Origin: a virus
Taxonomy: Duplodnaviria > Caudoviricetes
Length of the DNA stretch: 64,000 bases
Reading direction: 5' to 3' (one strand)
Virus record (IMG/VR): IMGVR_UViG_3300023218_000062
Part shown: positions 47,919-57,821 of the stretch, one piece after another
Layout: each line of letters starts with the position of its first letter
How positions within the stretch are numbered: the stretch's first letter is position 1
Notes under the pieces: model-generated
What the model was told of the DNA's origin: nothing
Databases searched by the model: none
The model's input: only the letters and a program-made list of their open reading frames with translations
Made by a program: the position numbers and the translations under genes

Positions 47919-48066
47919 TACATTCAAGACTATATAATGTTCTAAGAACATTGGATACATCCTGTATCCATAGAAAAAGGCACATGGGGTGCCATAGAGA
48001 TAGTACGATTAGAAACGATACTAGACAGCCTAAGAAACTTAAGAAATTTAAGAAAGGAGATTAAAT
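47910..48066 (+). promoter_or_regulatory. gp32 promoter and structured leader with tandem repeats
   Basis: TTGCAG-N17-TATAAT (47910-47938), two hairpins, TAAGAAA x3 at 48031/48040/48049 abutting the GGAG RBS. Confidence 0.65.
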
Positions 48067-49056
48067 ATGGCTAAAAAATTAACGATGAAAGAAATTCAAG
48101 AGTTAGCAAAAAAGAAAACTTCTGGTGGGGATAAACAAAAGTTTAAGAACAGTGATATATATCCATTTTGGCTAATGGCGGAAGATGAAATCGCTAAGGT
48201 AAGATTTCTTCCAGATAAAAATAAAGAAAATGTTCTTCCATTTATAGAAAAATTGGAGCATAAATTAACGATAGGCGGTAATATTAGAAAAATTCCATGT
48301 CCTAAAATGTATGGACATAAATGCCCTATTTGTGACTTATCTCAGGAATACTATAAATCAGAAGGGGATGATTCTAGTAACGGAAAATACTACTACCGTG
48401 ATCGGATGCATTTAATTAGAGCAATTATAATAGAGGATCCTCTTCCACCTGATTCTGAAACGGGAGAAACGTATGTAGGAAAGACTGCAACACTGCAATT
48501 AGGCTTTCAAATATATGAAAAGATTATGGAGCAATTAGGAACATTTTTCGACGATGACGACATGCCACCATGGGATTTTGATGAGGGGTATAATTTCAAT
48601 ATTAAAAAAGTGAAGCAAGGTAAATATTTTAAATATGATATAGGATCATCATTTGACCGTAAACCTAGTTCTATACCTGATGAATATTTGGAAAATGTCG
48701 AGCTTATAGATTATAGAACTCTTCTACCAGAAGAGATTACTTATGATAAAGCTAATGAATTTCTTGAGAAGCACATGTCTGGTGGTGTGGACGATGAAGA
48801 TAGCTTAGAGAATAAAAAGGTAAAGTCACTAGATGGCGCTGAAAAACGCGCAGCAATGCTGGCACGTTTAGAAGGTAACTTTGAAGAAGATGAAGAAGAT
48901 GAAGAAGATGAAGGTGAGGAAGGTGAGGATGATGAACAGGATGATGAACAGGATGAAGCAAAAAAAGCAATAGAAGAAATTGCTAAAGAGGCTGAAGACG
49001 ACGACGAAGATGCTGAATTACAAGCAATAATAAACCGCCGAAGAAAGAAATCTTGA
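48067..49056 (+). CDS. gp32: Single-stranded DNA-binding protein
   Basis: KVRFLP, CPKMYGHKCPIC zinc site, GYNFNIK, acidic tail. Confidence 0.88.
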   Translation: MAKKLTMKEIQELAKKKTSGGDKQKFKNSDIYPFWLMAEDEIAKVRFLPDKNKENVLPFIEKLEHKLTIGGNIRKIPCPKMYGHKCPICDLSQEYYKSEGDDSSNGKYYYRDRMHLIRAIIIEDPLPPDSETGETYVGKTATLQLGFQIYEKIMEQLGTFFDDDDMPPWDFDEGYNFNIKKVKQGKYFKYDIGSSFDRKPSSIPDEYLENVELIDYRTLLPEEITYDKANEFLEKHMSGGVDDEDSLENKKVKSLDGAEKRAAMLARLEGNFEEDEEDEEDEGEEGEDDEQDDEQDEAKKAIEEIAKEAEDDDEDAELQAIINRRRKKS

Positions 49057-49127
49057 GTTGCTCATTGACGTAAAACAATAAAGACTATATCATATTGATA
49101 TAGTCTTTTCTTTAAAAGGAGAAATTA

Positions 49128-50153
49128 ATGGCGAACCCATTGAATAAATTTAAAAAAGATATAGAAAAAATGAAAGATGTTACGACTAATTCTGCGCCAC
49201 CTAAATATTGGCTCAGTACCGGTTTCTATATTATTAATAAAACGATTACGGGATCATATGACAAAGGATATGCATCGAGTAGAGTATCTATGTTGACAGG
49301 CCCTTCTAGTGCTGGAAAGAGTTTTATGGCCATTCAATCTGCAGTAGAAGCTCAAAATATGGGATATATTGTGTTTATAGTTGATTCAGAACATGCTTTA
49401 GATGATAATTATATGAAAGCTGTAGGATTAGATGTAAACTCAGAAACATTTTTTTATAATGATGTTAAATCATTAGAAGCTGCTAAAAAAGTGACCGCTG
49501 CATTCATCAATATGTACAGAGATAATAAAGACGAGTTGCCACCTGCGTTAATCTTGATTGATAGTATGGATCAGCTTAAAACAAAAACACATGTAGAAAA
49601 ATCTGAAAAAGGTGAAGTGCATAATGATCAGGGACAGCATGCTAAACAGCTTAAACAATTTGCGGCGGATATAGCGCATGAGATAAAAAGCTTAGATATA
49701 TTTTGTATTATGACAAAACAGCCGTATAAAAATCAAGATCCCATTATGGCAAAAGTGCAACCATATATAATTACAGATGCCATGCGATTTCCATTTAGCC
49801 AAATTATACTTTTGACTAATAGGAGACTTAAAGATAAAACAACTAAAAAGGTTGAAGGTATAGCCCTAAAAGTATTCGCAGAAAAAACTAGATTTACTAA
49901 ACCATTTCAATCCTGTGTGGTAGACATACCATATGATAGTCCAATCGATCCATATAGTGGAGTGTTAGAAGCAGCAGAAAATATAGGAATAATAAAAAAA
50001 ACTGGTGCATGGTATGATTTTGAAGGGAATAAGTTTCAAGAACGCAATTCAAACCATGTTATAGAAGAAATATATAATAAACTTAGAGAAATGGATGAGG
50101 ACGAAAATGTTGTATTAGAGTTTGGGAATGATGAGGAAAAGGATGAGAAGTAG
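49128..50153 (+). CDS. uvsX: RecA-like recombinase
   Basis: GPSSAGKS Walker A, DSEHALD, LIDSM, KTRFTKPF. Confidence 0.9.
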   Translation: MANPLNKFKKDIEKMKDVTTNSAPPKYWLSTGFYIINKTITGSYDKGYASSRVSMLTGPSSAGKSFMAIQSAVEAQNMGYIVFIVDSEHALDDNYMKAVGLDVNSETFFYNDVKSLEAAKKVTAAFINMYRDNKDELPPALILIDSMDQLKTKTHVEKSEKGEVHNDQGQHAKQLKQFAADIAHEIKSLDIFCIMTKQPYKNQDPIMAKVQPYIITDAMRFPFSQIILLTNRRLKDKTTKKVEGIALKVFAEKTRFTKPFQSCVVDIPYDSPIDPYSGVLEAAENIGIIKKTGAWYDFEGNKFQERNSNHVIEEIYNKLREMDEDENVVLEFGNDEEKDEK

Positions 50154-50727
50154 TAAGGTAAATTTAAAAAAATTATTTAAAAAAAGAGAGCAGCATTATT
50201 TAGCGACTACTCAAGAAATACTGGAAGTTTTTTTACCACCATTGAGTGATGCTATTAAAGATGTAATATATGATGGTAAACCCATAAACATATTAGTAAA
50301 AGGTGTTTATCCAGTAATTGATAATTTAAACTATATTTCCATCATTGCTAAAGTTTCAGATTTTTCTATAGGAGATATAATTTCTGTTATAGATGACAGT
50401 AATACAGAAAATGTTGCAGAAAATGTTGCAGAAAATGTTGCAGAAGATGTTACAGAAGATATAGAAATAACTAAAAATAATTACTGGAAATGGGCCAGTA
50501 CTATAACGTTAAATATGCCTATATCAGTGTTGGAAACTCAAGATGAAAATGCTATGATGGAGTTTCTTAATGAAGTATATGATGAAGATAGCATAGAAAC
50601 AACCTTTATAAATGAAGATGGAAAAATATTAGATGACGAGACGTTTGATGAAAGTAAACTAGATAAAACACAACAAGAATTATTAGGGCTACAAGTGTAT
50701 GGCAAAAATAATGGAATAAAACATTAA
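50122..50727 (+). CDS. Hypothetical acidic protein
   Basis: 201-aa ORF containing an ENVA repeat. Confidence 0.6.
   Translation: MGMMRKRMRSSKVNLKKLFKKREQHYLATTQEILEVFLPPLSDAIKDVIYDGKPINILVKGVYPVIDNLNYISIIAKVSDFSIGDIISVIDDSNTENVAENVAENVAEDVTEDIEITKNNYWKWASTITLNMPISVLETQDENAMMEFLNEVYDEDSIETTFINEDGKILDDETFDESKLDKTQQELLGLQVYGKNNGIKH
50405..50460 (+). repeat. 12-bp coding tandem repeat
   Basis: CAGAAAATGTTG x3 plus degenerate copies. Confidence 0.85.
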
Positions 50728-50729
50728 AT

Positions 50730-51203
50730 ATGAGTTCAAAAAATTTAAAAAGAATAAGAAAAGATTTTGCACATGCCTTGACAATAATAAATGAGTATGA
50801 GAAAAAACTATATGGGTGGAAAAATAATCTAAGTTTAGACAATAAAAACATAGAACGCGTTAATATAGAACAATCATCATGGCTTGCTTATTATGATGAA
50901 ATAAAGGTTAATTTGAAAACTATGGTGGAGTATTTAGAATACCTGTTAAAAAATCAAAAAGCACAGGATATACGAGTGTTAATGCGAACTTCAGAAAAGT
51001 CTCTAACCGACCGCATGTTAGATAAATTGGCGGAAGATAGTCAAGACTATAAAGATATATTTATGGTATATTTGGAAGTAAAGGAGTTATATCTTATAGC
51101 GGACTCTATTGTTAATCAATTGTACCAACGAGGATATAGTATTAATAATATAGTAAAAATACGAGAAAAGGAAATGCAGGGAATAACCCTACATTTAAAG
51201 TAA
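50730..51203 (+). CDS. uvsY: Recombination mediator
   Basis: Helical 157 aa between uvsX and uvsW; QRGYSINNIVKIR C-terminus. Confidence 0.7.
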   Translation: MSSKNLKRIRKDFAHALTIINEYEKKLYGWKNNLSLDNKNIERVNIEQSSWLAYYDEIKVNLKTMVEYLEYLLKNQKAQDIRVLMRTSEKSLTDRMLDKLAEDSQDYKDIFMVYLEVKELYLIADSIVNQLYQRGYSINNIVKIREKEMQGITLHLK

Positions 51204-51204
51204 T

Positions 51205-52782
51205 ATGGTCAATTTACCAAACAAGGTGGCTACTATAGTTATAGAAGATTATGTCCATGCAACTATTGCGGGTTTACAAATAGAAGATACTAATGACTTG
51301 GTTGCCAAATATTCTGTATATACTAAGAATTACTTTTTTAATCCTGATTATCAAATGAACAGATGGGATGGTAAATTTAAATTTTTCACAAATGGAAACC
51401 GAACATATCTTAGCATTTTATTAGATATAGTAGATGATTTAAAATCCAATGGCTATACGATAAAGATAAAAAACAATAGACATGATTTTAAGTTAGATAT
51501 TATGCCGGTAAATAAAGATTACTTTTCTGAATATGGATGGGAGCTAGGTGATCATCAAGTTAAAGCCATAAACAATATTTTAGAGGCACATGATGGAATA
51601 ATACGAGTAGGTACCGGTGGTGGAAAAACATTAATCACTGCGGTTCTTGCTGACATATATAGTAAAAAACAATTAAAAGTTATAGTAGTAGTACCAAATA
51701 AAGACCTTATACATCAGACCAAAGATGAAATTGCTTCATTTAAGTTGGATGTTGGCGCATATTATGCAGATGAAAAAACAATTGATAAACCAATTGTTGT
51801 ATCTACATGGCAATCATTGGTTAAAAACCCTAAACTATTATCAACTTTTCATGCGGTCATGGTAGATGAATGTCATGGATCACAAGCACAGAGTTTATTT
51901 AAGCTTCTTTCTAATCAAGGAAAGAACATTCCGGTTAGAATAGGGCTGACTGGCACTATTCCAGAGCATATGTGTGATAAGTTGAAAGTTTTTTCAGTGT
52001 TGGGGCCAGTAAGGGCAAAAGTTCCTGCGAATTATTTAATGAAGATAGGTTGGTTAGCTCAACTTAAACTTCTTATGGTAGAATATAAGGAAGATTTTAC
52101 CGAAGAATGGAATAGATTCAAAGGGATTGCTGGGACGGAAGAAGATAAAAAAATGTCATATACTGAATTTAAAAACCATAAATTATTTCCTGCATATGAA
52201 AATGAAAAATCGTATTTAATACGAAATCCCGAAAGATTTGACAGTATTGCAAGTCTTGTTCAGTGTTTGACAAAAGAATATGGAAACTCTTTTATCTTAG
52301 TGAATACTATAGATTTTGGAAATAAATTACAAAAAATACTAGGAGAAAATGCAATATTCATCAGTTCTAAAATAAAAGATAGAAAACCCATTTATGAAGC
52401 ATTTAAGACGGAAAATGAAATTATTGGTATAGCTACATATAATCTTGCTAGTACTGGCCTCAATATACCTAGAATATTTAATATGTTTCTAATTGATGGT
52501 GGCAAATCTTCTATTAAAATTGTGCAGTCTATTGGGAGAGGGCTTAGAAAAGCTAAAGACAAGGAAAGCGTAAACCTTATAGATATATACTCAAATGTTA
52601 AATTTTCTATGCGACATGCTAGAAAAAGAAAAAAAATATACAAAGAAGAAAAATATTTTTTTGACCATATAAAAGTAGATCATGAAAATAAAGAAATGAC
52701 TGTACAAAAATGTTTAAAGAAAGTAAAATTGCTTAATCGCGACCCTAAAAAAGAAGAACTGGAAAAGGAAGTATTAGAATAA
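51205..52782 (+). CDS. uvsW: UvsW-like SF2 helicase
   Basis: TGGGKT, VDECH, GLTGT, QSIGRGLR. Confidence 0.9.
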   Translation: MVNLPNKVATIVIEDYVHATIAGLQIEDTNDLVAKYSVYTKNYFFNPDYQMNRWDGKFKFFTNGNRTYLSILLDIVDDLKSNGYTIKIKNNRHDFKLDIMPVNKDYFSEYGWELGDHQVKAINNILEAHDGIIRVGTGGGKTLITAVLADIYSKKQLKVIVVVPNKDLIHQTKDEIASFKLDVGAYYADEKTIDKPIVVSTWQSLVKNPKLLSTFHAVMVDECHGSQAQSLFKLLSNQGKNIPVRIGLTGTIPEHMCDKLKVFSVLGPVRAKVPANYLMKIGWLAQLKLLMVEYKEDFTEEWNRFKGIAGTEEDKKMSYTEFKNHKLFPAYENEKSYLIRNPERFDSIASLVQCLTKEYGNSFILVNTIDFGNKLQKILGENAIFISSKIKDRKPIYEAFKTENEIIGIATYNLASTGLNIPRIFNMFLIDGGKSSIKIVQSIGRGLRKAKDKESVNLIDIYSNVKFSMRHARKRKKIYKEEKYFFDHIKVDHENKEMTVQKCLKKVKLLNRDPKKEELEKEVLE

Positions 52783-52783
52783 T

Positions 52784-53278
52784 ATGATGTTTTTAGATGA
52801 AAATAATTATCCTATAGTATTAGAGAGCATCGATATTCCTACTGAGTCGGAATATTTTTGGTCTTTTTCTTTAAAAGAAAAGGATTTTATGCTAAATGAA
52901 ATAATAACGTTTGAGGAAATGGAAATATCTTCACTACTTGTATCTATAATGGGGTATGTAATAGAATTACCAACAAATTGGAATATATTAATATATTCAC
53001 AAGAAACCTCACAACTGGATATATTAGAAGTGCATGAATTGACTAAAGGTAATTATGATGCGGTAGTGTATAACCATAAACTAGATTACGTAGAATCTGG
53101 AATGGGGTTAGTTAGAGTATTGGACTACTGTCCTTCTACTAAAATACGAACACCCTCATTACATAAGAGTACAATGCTATGTCATCCCATTGGTCCAACA
53201 CATTGGATATGCGTGTCACCAACAGATAACTACAATAAATATTTAAAGAATAGTGTAATAGGAGATCTCTATTTATGA
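52784..53278 (+). CDS. Hypothetical protein
   Basis: 164-aa ORF in uvsW operon. Confidence 0.6.
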   Translation: MMFLDENNYPIVLESIDIPTESEYFWSFSLKEKDFMLNEIITFEEMEISSLLVSIMGYVIELPTNWNILIYSQETSQLDILEVHELTKGNYDAVVYNHKLDYVESGMGLVRVLDYCPSTKIRTPSLHKSTMLCHPIGPTHWICVSPTDNYNKYLKNSVIGDLYL

Positions 53279-53766
53279 ATAAGAAAACAAAGAAAAAGTT
53301 TACAGTTCCTGAGTTTAAAACTTGGTTAACCGGAATTATGCAATTTCAGAATAAAGACTGGTCGCCTAATCGTGAGCAATGGGAAGAAATATATTCTAAG
53401 ATAATGTACCTGAAAGAGCCAGTTACCATGGAAAAACTATCATTAACTGATGATGCTCTGGATGAAATTAATAATATAGTGTATTATCATATTACAGACG
53501 CTTTAAAGGAAAAAATTTCTCAGCAGCTTCAACAAGCACAACCACAACCACATACGCAACCTATAATGGGCCAACAAACTCCTATACCAAATCCAAACCC
53601 AAATCCAAATCCAAATTTACAACCTGATTCTAATTTAGCCAATGTCTCTCTAAGCGAATTAAAGAAACAGGCCGAAGAAAAGGCGAGTGCTATTGGAAGT
53701 CAACAATCCTCCCATAAACTGCCAGATCAAATCGAAAGTAATAGCATCCCAGAAGATTATGTATAA
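53275..53766 (+). CDS. Hypothetical protein with Pro-Asn repeat
   Basis: 163-aa ORF, PNPNPNPN at ~53587-53616. Confidence 0.6.
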   Translation: MNKKTKKKFTVPEFKTWLTGIMQFQNKDWSPNREQWEEIYSKIMYLKEPVTMEKLSLTDDALDEINNIVYYHITDALKEKISQQLQQAQPQPHTQPIMGQQTPIPNPNPNPNPNLQPDSNLANVSLSELKKQAEEKASAIGSQQSSHKLPDQIESNSIPEDYV

Positions 53767-53780
53767 TAAATAATATCCAC

Positions 53781-54353
53781 ATGGGAAGAAGCATATACTA
53801 TGAAAAATTAAATTTTAGGGATTTATGGATTGACGGGAAAAGCTCCATAAATATAAATGGGCTGTATGATAAAATTTTGACAGGAGATTTAAATTTTTTT
53901 GGCTCTGATGTTGTGTCAGAAAACGCCAAACAAGAAATTATTAGGTTTGCTTCGTTGTCAAATATAGAAATGCCTAAAGTTACTGTAAAATCTAGTCCCA
54001 CCAATAATTCTCTTAACACTAGTTTTGCCATTCCGAAAAGTTATATGGATGCAGATATTCAAAAAATAATCATGCAAAGTTTTAAAAAACGGCATAATAT
54101 TTCTAATATGAGTAATAAAGAAAAAGAAAAAAGATTATATAGAATTGCAGATGAAATCGAAAAATATAACGAGTTAGGTATGTATGATGTACTTCGATGT
54201 ATGATATATATAATTGATACTTTTAAAGAGAATAATGTAATATGGGGCCCCGGAAGAGGGAGTGCATGTTGTTCGTATATATTATATTTGTTAGAAGTAC
54301 ATGATATAGATAGTTTTTATTTTGAATTAGATATTAAGGAATTCTTGAGGTAA
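53781..54353 (+). CDS. Stand-alone DnaE (Pol III alpha)-like fragment
   Basis: VIWGPGRGSACCSYILYLLEVHDID...ELDIKEFLR resembles the DnaE GRGSA motif region. Confidence 0.75.
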   Translation: MGRSIYYEKLNFRDLWIDGKSSININGLYDKILTGDLNFFGSDVVSENAKQEIIRFASLSNIEMPKVTVKSSPTNNSLNTSFAIPKSYMDADIQKIIMQSFKKRHNISNMSNKEKEKRLYRIADEIEKYNELGMYDVLRCMIYIIDTFKENNVIWGPGRGSACCSYILYLLEVHDIDSFYFELDIKEFLR

Positions 54354-54493
54354 CATCTCTAATCTAACATCTTATCTTACATATTCACTAAATGTCAAGT
54401 AAAAAATGTATTACTAAATACTATAGAATATAGACAAATAAACAAAGAGAGAGAGATCTTTTTGGGTTTGGAAAGAAAAGGAGAATATTATAT

Positions 54494-54791
54494 ATGGCTA
54501 CTAGAAAAACAACCAGTGTTAAAGGCGAAATAGTAGATTTTGATCTGCTGGAAACTAAGCAAAAAATAGAACAATAAACCTAGAATTATGGACGTGCAGA
54601 AAAGAGAAGATTTTGTTCATAGACGGAGGAGAAAAAGTAGACGTTCTTCCATGGATAACATTAAAGATAATAAAAATCCGAGTCCAGAAATAAAAAAAGA
54701 AGAAACAAAAACTAAAACCACGCCAAAAAATACTAATAAAAAGAGAACTATTGTTAAAAAAGATACATCAAAAAATGAGGAAAATAAATGA
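54494..54791 (+). pseudogene. Apparently frameshifted small basic protein
   Basis: 27-aa ORF 54494..54577 with AGGAG RBS; +1 frame continues KPRIMDVQKREDF... (track ORF 54588..54791). Confidence 0.4.
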
Positions 54792-55108
54792 AATCGATTA
54801 ATTTAATTGAAGATAAAATAGCATTTACGTTTTTAGAAAATACGAGTAATAGGGGATTTTCCAAAAAAACAGATGCAGGACTTATTGTGCAAGAGAATGA
54901 AGAGCATCAAATAAATCAAGCAAGATGGGGAAAAATACTTAAGTGCTCGCCAAATGTTACAGAAGTAAAAAAATCTCAGTTCATATTAATAGAGCCAATG
55001 GAATGGACGCGAGCTATAAAATTGGATGAAGTTTCCGATGAAGAATTCTGGATAACTAGTGAAAGCAAAGTGTTAGCTGTAAGTGATACAGAACCAGAAC
55101 TAATTTGA
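54788..55108 (+). CDS. groES: GroES-like co-chaperonin (gp31 analogue)
   Basis: KTDAGLIV mobile loop, WGKILKCSPNVTEVK, SESKVLAV. Confidence 0.7.
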   Translation: MKSINLIEDKIAFTFLENTSNRGFSKKTDAGLIVQENEEHQINQARWGKILKCSPNVTEVKKSQFILIEPMEWTRAIKLDEVSDEEFWITSESKVLAVSDTEPELI

Positions 55109-56088
55109 TAAATATTATTATAAAAAAAACAAATATGACATTTTTAATTTTAATGATATGTGGCACGTTACTTATAGCTAGTGCAGCTGTATTTTTTAGT
55201 GTGCTTGGATTAGTGCAAACCTTTTCAGAAACCGCCGTTTATTGGGGTACTGCAATTGAGGTTGCGAAACTAATATTAGCGTCCTTTTTATATAGATTTT
55301 GGGATAAAACTACTAAAATATCTAAAGTAATTATAATTATTTTAATAATGTTTTTGATGACTATAACTTCATTAGGGATATATGGTCATATAATAACATC
55401 TTACCAAGAAGGCAATTTACAAGTAACAAATCAGAATATAAAATTAGAAACTGCCCAAAACAGAGTTGATAGGACATTAGAAAAAATAGAAATAATAAAT
55501 GAAAGAATAGACGACAATAAATCTCGTATACAAGATATAGATGATGAAATATCTAGGGTCCCTGATAATTTTGTTACCGTTAGGAGGGAATTAATACAAG
55601 AAAGAGAACCTGAAAAAACCGAACTTAGAAATAGAATAGATGAATTGTTTAGTGAACGAGAAAAATTATTTAATGAATTAGAAAAGCAGCAGGAAAATAT
55701 TTCTGTATTACGAATAGAAACGGGAGAAGTGGAACAGAAAGTGGGTCCTATAATATTTGTTGTAGAAACTCTAGGAGCTACAGGAGAAAAAGCCGTATTT
55801 TGGTTTGTTCTTATCATTGTACTTTCATTTGACCCTGCCGCAGTGGCATTAACTGTATATACTAATAAAGTAGCTATGTCGTTAAAAGAGAATAAGCAGC
55901 CCCCCTACGCAATAACATCTACGGTTAATGAAGAAAACAAATCTGATAATGAAGGGCTGAAACAGTTTTTTACTGGAGTGAATGATTCTATAAAGGAAAA
56001 CAATAAACGGCTAAAACAAATGCAAGAAACATTCGATAAAGATAAAAAACGAAAAAAACTAATTGACGAGGTAAAAAACAGAAGTTGA
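55105..56088 (+). CDS. Membrane protein with coiled coil
   Basis: Three N-terminal hydrophobic helices, coiled coil, C-terminal TM ending FDPAAVAL. Confidence 0.65.
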   Translation: MINIIIKKTNMTFLILMICGTLLIASAAVFFSVLGLVQTFSETAVYWGTAIEVAKLILASFLYRFWDKTTKISKVIIIILIMFLMTITSLGIYGHIITSYQEGNLQVTNQNIKLETAQNRVDRTLEKIEIINERIDDNKSRIQDIDDEISRVPDNFVTVRRELIQEREPEKTELRNRIDELFSEREKLFNELEKQQENISVLRIETGEVEQKVGPIIFVVETLGATGEKAVFWFVLIIVLSFDPAAVALTVYTNKVAMSLKENKQPPYAITSTVNEENKSDNEGLKQFFTGVNDSIKENNKRLKQMQETFDKDKKRKKLIDEVKNRS

Positions 56089-56113
56089 AATTTTCCCCTC
56101 AAGCATGTATTAT
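56085..56113 (+). promoter_or_regulatory. Sigma70-type promoter of clamp-loader operon
   Basis: TTGAAA-N17-TATTAT with TCAAGC spacer motif. Confidence 0.6.
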
Positions 56114-56142
56114 TCCACCATAATTTAAATATGGAATAATAC

Positions 56143-57084
56143 ATGCCTACAAAACTTTGGTGGACCAAACATAGACCGGACACATTAAAAAATTTTATAT
56201 TTCAAAACACTGATCAGGAAAGACAAATTAATAAATTTATATCAGATGGGGATATACCCCATCTTCTTTTTTATGGTGTCAGAGGCTCAGGAAAAACCAC
56301 TTTGGCTTATATATTAATAAATCATTTGGTTGAGAAGGAGAATATGTCAGATGTATTAGTGATCAATGGCTCATTAGATGGTAAAATAGATGGCATACGC
56401 ACTAAACTCATAAACCATGTAACTTCTGTTCCTATGGGTGACAAAAAGATTGTATTTATTGATGAAGCAGATGGGCTATCATTGAGCGCCCAAAATTCAC
56501 TTAGAGGTATATTAGAAAAATATGAATCTAATTCAAGAGTAATATTTACTGCAAATTACATTAATAAATTGACGCCCGAATTAAGATCAAGATTCTCAGA
56601 ATTTAGATTTTCTAAACTTAGCGCGTCTAAAATATTAGAATACTGTATCGATATATTGGATTCTGAAGGTGTAGATATTGAAAATAAGAGTAATATCGAA
56701 GTACTTAAAACTCTTTCTAAAGCATATTCCCATGATTTTCGGCAACTAATAACTGCACTACAAAATGCCACTGATGATAATAAATTATGTGCCAGTGCGG
56801 TTGATGATGGCACATTGAGCGACAAATTAGATCTAATAGATTTAATGAATAAAGATAATTGGATACAGGCTAGAGAACTTGTGGCGGAGAATTTTTCGGA
56901 TGAAGAACTTGTAGAGGTTTATCGATTCTTATATGATTACTTATACGAAATAGAAAAGTTTGCAGATAACAATAAATGGAAGCGGGGGATTATTATAATA
57001 TCAGATTATATGTATCGCCATGCAATACACCCTGACCAAGAAGTAAACTTTGCAAGCTGTCTAATAAAACTATCGGAGATATAA
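56143..57084 (+). CDS. gp44: Clamp loader AAA+ subunit
   Basis: WWTKHRP, GVRGSGKTT, FIDEADGL, LRSRF. Confidence 0.92.
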   Translation: MPTKLWWTKHRPDTLKNFIFQNTDQERQINKFISDGDIPHLLFYGVRGSGKTTLAYILINHLVEKENMSDVLVINGSLDGKIDGIRTKLINHVTSVPMGDKKIVFIDEADGLSLSAQNSLRGILEKYESNSRVIFTANYINKLTPELRSRFSEFRFSKLSASKILEYCIDILDSEGVDIENKSNIEVLKTLSKAYSHDFRQLITALQNATDDNKLCASAVDDGTLSDKLDLIDLMNKDNWIQARELVAENFSDEELVEVYRFLYDYLYEIEKFADNNKWKRGIIIISDYMYRHAIHPDQEVNFASCLIKLSEI

Positions 57085-57089
57085 TAGCC

Positions 57090-57392
57090 ATGAGATTGAC
57101 AGAAGAACAGGTAAAAAACGAATTAAAGGAAGTAAGTAAATTTGCAGATAATGCAGAAAAATTATCGTGGCAACGCAAATATAAAAAATTACAAAAATTA
57201 ATAGATGAACTAAAACCATATGAAGAAAAAATGCTTCAATTATATCAAGAGAGAATGCCTATTATGGATAAAATACATATGTTGCGTCAAATGATGGTAA
57301 ATGAATGTATTCATCCTAAAAACTATCTAACACATAAAGGAACCTATATACACTGTAAATTTTGTGATAAAATAATAGCGCCCAAGAGATAA
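57090..57392 (+). CDS. Hypothetical protein
   Basis: 100-aa ORF with C-terminal CIH...CKFC. Confidence 0.6.
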   Translation: MRLTEEQVKNELKEVSKFADNAEKLSWQRKYKKLQKLIDELKPYEEKMLQLYQERMPIMDKIHMLRQMMVNECIHPKNYLTHKGTYIHCKFCDKIIAPKR

Positions 57393-57821
57393 ATGGATAT
57401 ATTTGAACAAATTTCTAAAATAGATTCACAGGATTTTAAAGCTATCAAGGATGAGAAATTTTTTAAAGATTTTTTTCCGCTGCTGGTGCTTCGTTGGTAT
57501 TCAGGTACTAAAGATCCTGTCCAAATTCAACTCTTAAATTCATTAGTGAATCCTATGATATTTTCTCTTCATAAGGAAAAGACACTTTTATATTATCTTT
57601 TCTGCTGTTGCTCTTCAGGAAAGGGCAAACGTTATTCATGGATAAAACGACCGAAAAAGGTTAATGTAGATGTTGTAAGAATGATATGTTCGTATTACGG
57701 GATTAGTACCAATGAAGCTAAATATGCTATCAAAAATTTAAACAAAGAAGATTTACTTGAAATATTAGATTATATGGATTATGATAATAAAAAGTATAAC
57801 AAAATAAAAAAAGCAATATGA
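57393..57821 (+). CDS. gp62: Clamp loader small subunit
   Basis: PLLVLRW, LNSLVN, KRYSWIK, YYGISTNEA; follows gp44. Confidence 0.7.
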   Translation: MDIFEQISKIDSQDFKAIKDEKFFKDFFPLLVLRWYSGTKDPVQIQLLNSLVNPMIFSLHKEKTLLYYLFCCCSSGKGKRYSWIKRPKKVNVDVVRMICSYYGISTNEAKYAIKNLNKEDLLEILDYMDYDNKKYNKIKKAI

